From IMG/VR virus record IMGVR_UViG_3300008267_012518: 64,000 bases of DNA, one strand, 5' to 3'. Below, piece after piece: positions 61,125 through 64,000 of this stretch. Each line of letters starts with the position of its first letter. Within the stretch, counting starts at the first letter, position 1. Origin of the DNA: a virus. The position numbers and the translations under genes are program-made. The notes below the pieces were generated by a model. The model ran no database searches, had not been told where the DNA came from, and was given only the letters and a program-made list of their open reading frames with translations.

Positions 61125-61757
61125 TTATTCAGGACTCCAAGAACCATCCCTACCACTTTTTTGGAAACCGGTTCTTCTTATTATCACTTCAAATTCATTC
61201 ACTTCATATCTGTCTTTCCCTGCTTCTAATTTATTATAAAATCCATTTAACCTTTCTGCTTTGGATAGTGTGGATTTTAGTGGGCTAACATTTAATCTTT
61301 TTACTCTTTCACCCAGTGATTTTGTGTATTTTACAAAACTATCAAGGGTATCATCGTATTTATAGATTTTTATTTTATATTCGTACTGACTACTATAAAC
61401 TATAAATGAATAATCATCATCAATAATATCTAAAAAAATATCTTCTATTTCAGCAACTGTGGGGAAAGCACTTCTTTCCTCTCTTATCATAGTATAAACT
61501 TGGAACATATTGTCTCTGAATTCGAGACTACCTTTATTGACCTCTCCATAAAGTTTCTGTGTGGCTTCCTTATACTCATCATATCCACTTTCATAAAAGT
61601 TAAATAAATTATGAGTTTCTGGATTATTAAAAAAAAGATTTGATATTGATTTTGTTGGTTTGGAATCTTCAGAGAAATAATAAACAATTTCCATTGCCAT
61701 TTCCTCTGTGAACCTACCACCAGTGTTTTCATTAAATTTTTTCCACCCCTTTATCAT
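61125..61757 (-). CDS. Hypothetical protein (possible internal head protein)
   Basis: Starts MIKGWKKFNE; TAATATATA at 61763-61771. Confidence 0.6.
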   Translation of the reverse strand: MIKGWKKFNENTGGRFTEEMAMEIVYYFSEDSKPTKSISNLFFNNPETHNLFNFYESGYDEYKEATQKLYGEVNKGSLEFRDNMFQVYTMIREERSAFPTVAEIEDIFLDIIDDDYSFIVYSSQYEYKIKIYKYDDTLDSFVKYTKSLGERVKRLNVSPLKSTLSKAERLNGFYNKLEAGKDRYEVNEFEVIIRRTGFQKSGRDGSWSPE

Positions 61758-61783
61758 AAGGGTATATATTAAGATGGATAATT

Positions 61784-62212
61784 TTAATTTCTGCCGTCAA
61801 AAATAACCACCATTGAATCGTGCATTCCTGGTTTATCACTTACCCACTCACCCTTAGTATTTACACCAGAAAATTTAACCCTACCTTTAATAAATCTAAT
61901 GTCTGTCTGATTTGGTAATATCCATTCATGAAATAATTTAGTTGATGTAGAAACTGGTAGTAACATTACACAAAGTTTACCTTTCTTAGATTCCTCAATT
62001 GCTTTTACCACAAATGATTCTTTCAATTTCTGTGAATATGGTGGGTTAATAAAATTTCTTTGACCCCAATCAATTTTCAACCCATCCCACTTATTTATAT
62101 CATGTTGGAATGGACAAGGATCAAAATCAAAATTAAATTCTTTATCAAGTTCAGTATAAAAAGATGTGGGTGTTGCCCAATCGTCTTTATGATCAAGATT
62201 TCGGTTCTTCAT
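61784..62212 (-). CDS. Phage DNA N6-adenine methyltransferase
   Basis: DDWATP, FDFDPC, FINPPYS, MLLPVST, FIKGRVKF. Confidence 0.88.
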   Translation of the reverse strand: MKNRNLDHKDDWATPTSFYTELDKEFNFDFDPCPFQHDINKWDGLKIDWGQRNFINPPYSQKLKESFVVKAIEESKKGKLCVMLLPVSTSTKLFHEWILPNQTDIRFIKGRVKFSGVNTKGEWVSDKPGMHDSMVVIFDGRN

Positions 62213-62217
62213 TTAAT

Positions 62218-62631
62218 TTATATGTAAGAAGCATCAAAAGTTACTTCACTTGAAACTCTCGGAAATTCCTTACCTCTCTGAATTAAATTTCTTTCAAATT
62301 TAGTAGGTTTAAATAAGTCAATAATAAACTTTTCAGCTTTTTCAACATCAAATGGTTTACAAGAAAACATATCAATGAATGTATAACCTTTATCTTCGAA
62401 GGAATGTATTGATAGATGACTTTCCGCGATAATTACAATGCCTGTAATCCCTTTATCTTCGGGTACTAAACCGGAATATGGAAAAACGTATGGTTGTGTA
62501 ATTGGTGTCATACCAATCATTTCAGGCAATTCTTTTAATAAATTAAAATGTAAATTATAATCTTGTAATACTTCTTTTGGACATCCAATTAAATCAAGTG
62601 TAAGGTGTGGTCCAAATGGTTCGTTTGTCAT
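62218..62631 (-). CDS. speD: S-adenosylmethionine decarboxylase proenzyme (pyruvoyl, class 1B)
   Basis: GPHLTLDL, IIAE/SHLSIHSF autocleavage site, IDMFSC. Confidence 0.88.
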   Translation of the reverse strand: MTNEPFGPHLTLDLIGCPKEVLQDYNLHFNLLKELPEMIGMTPITQPYVFPYSGLVPEDKGITGIVIIAESHLSIHSFEDKGYTFIDMFSCKPFDVEKAEKFIIDLFKPTKFERNLIQRGKEFPRVSSEVTFDASYI

Positions 62632-62730
62632 CTATTTATGAATTATTTTTAAAAAAGTATATATTCATGTGAGGTTCTTTGTTTGTAAAATTTTTCCAAA
62701 TTAACATTTTTTCAAAAAAACGAAACTTTA

Positions 62731-62762
62731 TTTGGCATTTCATTAATAAAGTATTATCTTTG
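62731..62762 (+). promoter_or_regulatory. Complete Bacteroidota sigma70-type promoter
   Basis: TTTG (62731), 20-nt spacer, TATCTTTG (62755). Confidence 0.7.
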
Positions 62763-62798
62763 TATTAAGAAAAGGAACGCACATTTTAAAACCAAAAT

Positions 62799-63977
62799 AT
62801 GATGGATATAAAAAGAAAATTTTTGAAACTAACTAAACGAACCTACCCTTATGGAACAGAGGGACAATTGGCCTCACATCTGCCACAAGGATATTTTAAG
62901 GATACTCATGGAAACTACTATTATAAAATAGGTAATTCGAGGACCGCTTTCACTTGTCACTTGGATACTGCTTGTAAAACTCAAGTTACTGTTAACCACA
63001 AGTTTGATAAAAACATCATTTCAACTGATGGGAAATCTATTCTTGGTGCTGATGATAAAGCCGGTATGACAGTTATTCTTTATATGATTGAAAAAAGAAT
63101 TCCTGGTTTATATTGTTTCTTCATAGGTGAAGAAGTTGGTTGTATTGGTTCGGGTAAGGCTTGTGATGATGATGTATTTAAAAACTATGATAGGATGGTG
63201 TCCTTCGATAGAAGGGGTACAAAATCAATAATCACATACCAATCTTCAAAAAGGTGTTGTTCTGACGAATTCGCTACTGAACTTTCAAATCAATTGAACA
63301 GACACGGAATGAGTATGGAACCAGATGATACTGGTGTGTATACAGATTCGGCTGAGTTTGTTCACGTAATTCCTGAATGTACTAACATATCGGTTGGATA
63401 TTATAAAGAACATACCTACTTTGAACATCAAGATATTGACCATTTGGTCAAACTGTGTGTCGCAGTAACCAAAATCGATTGGGAAATTCTTCCGACCAAA
63501 AGGGATCCAAATAAAATTGATTATAAATCTTACTCATATAAATCCTATGGATATTCCACATATGATAAGGAGTATAAGAAATCCGAAAGTGGATATAGTA
63601 CTTATGATTCTTGGTCAGGTTGGGATAAGTCACCAGCTAGATCTAGAAGAAAAAAGTATCAAAAGACCTATGGATACTATGATGATTTTTATTTGGAAAA
63701 TGACGACCACTTTGTTCCATCAGTTGATGTGACAAAACCAGGTAAAGTTTATGTGAATGATTTGGATAATGACTTTAGTGAAGAATACTATCATAGAAAT
63801 TATGATCATTATTCAAAAGAATGTGGTAATAAATATGAATCTTTAAAACAAGAATTGTTCAAAGATAATTTTACTCAGCAAGAAAAAAACATAATCAAAG
63901 AACAATACTTGGATACTTCGACAGATTATGACGAAGCTTTCGTATATGAATTTATGAAGGATGATTTTCCTTTCTGA
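62799..63977 (+). CDS. M28/M20-like zinc peptidase with Tyr/Ser/Asp-rich tail (paralogue of 8738..9904)
   Basis: HLDT, GADDKAG, GEEVG, FDRRG, YTDSAE, PECTNISVGY..EH. Confidence 0.78.
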   Translation: MMDIKRKFLKLTKRTYPYGTEGQLASHLPQGYFKDTHGNYYYKIGNSRTAFTCHLDTACKTQVTVNHKFDKNIISTDGKSILGADDKAGMTVILYMIEKRIPGLYCFFIGEEVGCIGSGKACDDDVFKNYDRMVSFDRRGTKSIITYQSSKRCCSDEFATELSNQLNRHGMSMEPDDTGVYTDSAEFVHVIPECTNISVGYYKEHTYFEHQDIDHLVKLCVAVTKIDWEILPTKRDPNKIDYKSYSYKSYGYSTYDKEYKKSESGYSTYDSWSGWDKSPARSRRKKYQKTYGYYDDFYLENDDHFVPSVDVTKPGKVYVNDLDNDFSEEYYHRNYDHYSKECGNKYESLKQELFKDNFTQQEKNIIKEQYLDTSTDYDEAFVYEFMKDDFPF

Positions 63978-64000
63978 AAATAGATATTATGTCAGATTTT

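Noticed and set aside
1-64000. Stop-codon reassignment, as in some large phages
   Set aside because: Long ORFs are intact in code 11, and TAA, TGA and TAG all end genes next to following starts
1-64000. CRISPR array, IS element, intron or intein
   Set aside because: No regularly spaced DNA repeats, transposase, integrase or splicing motifs seen by eye; short or degenerate ones could be missed

Overview
AT-rich, gene-dense 64 kb segment best read as part of a jumbo ('huge') tailed-phage genome in the standard genetic code, probably infecting a Bacteroidota host. Evidence for phage: very large virion-type ORFs, a neck-like protein, UvsX/RecA, gp46-like, RuvC-like and GH24 endolysin genes, plus isolated host-like genes out of their operons (bS1, bS21, ClpC, DnaJ, GreA, ECF sigma, tRNA-Arg, tRNA-Cys). 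Evidence for host: TAnnTTTG promoters, almost no Shine-Dalgarno sites, and Bacteroidota-style FN3, outer-membrane barrel and lipoprotein genes. It also has a glycan cluster with a formyltransferase/deacetylase pair, polyamine enzymes, an anticodon-less aaRS paralogue, several peptidases and RNA-repair-type enzymes. The most striking unexplained patterns are two short peptide tags. (1) A C-terminal R-[DE]-x-[KQ]-[IL]-x-x-[ILV] helix occurs on five unrelated small ORFs, in a genome encoding an N-domain-less ClpC and a UVR-domain protein. (2) An N-terminal MK..(K/T)F(E/N) leader resembling the T4 capsid-targeting sequence occurs on unrelated ORFs behind a TAATATATA motif. Host-type promoters often lie exactly 4 nt before the ATG, implying leaderless early mRNAs. 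All calls come from motif reading; no database search was run.
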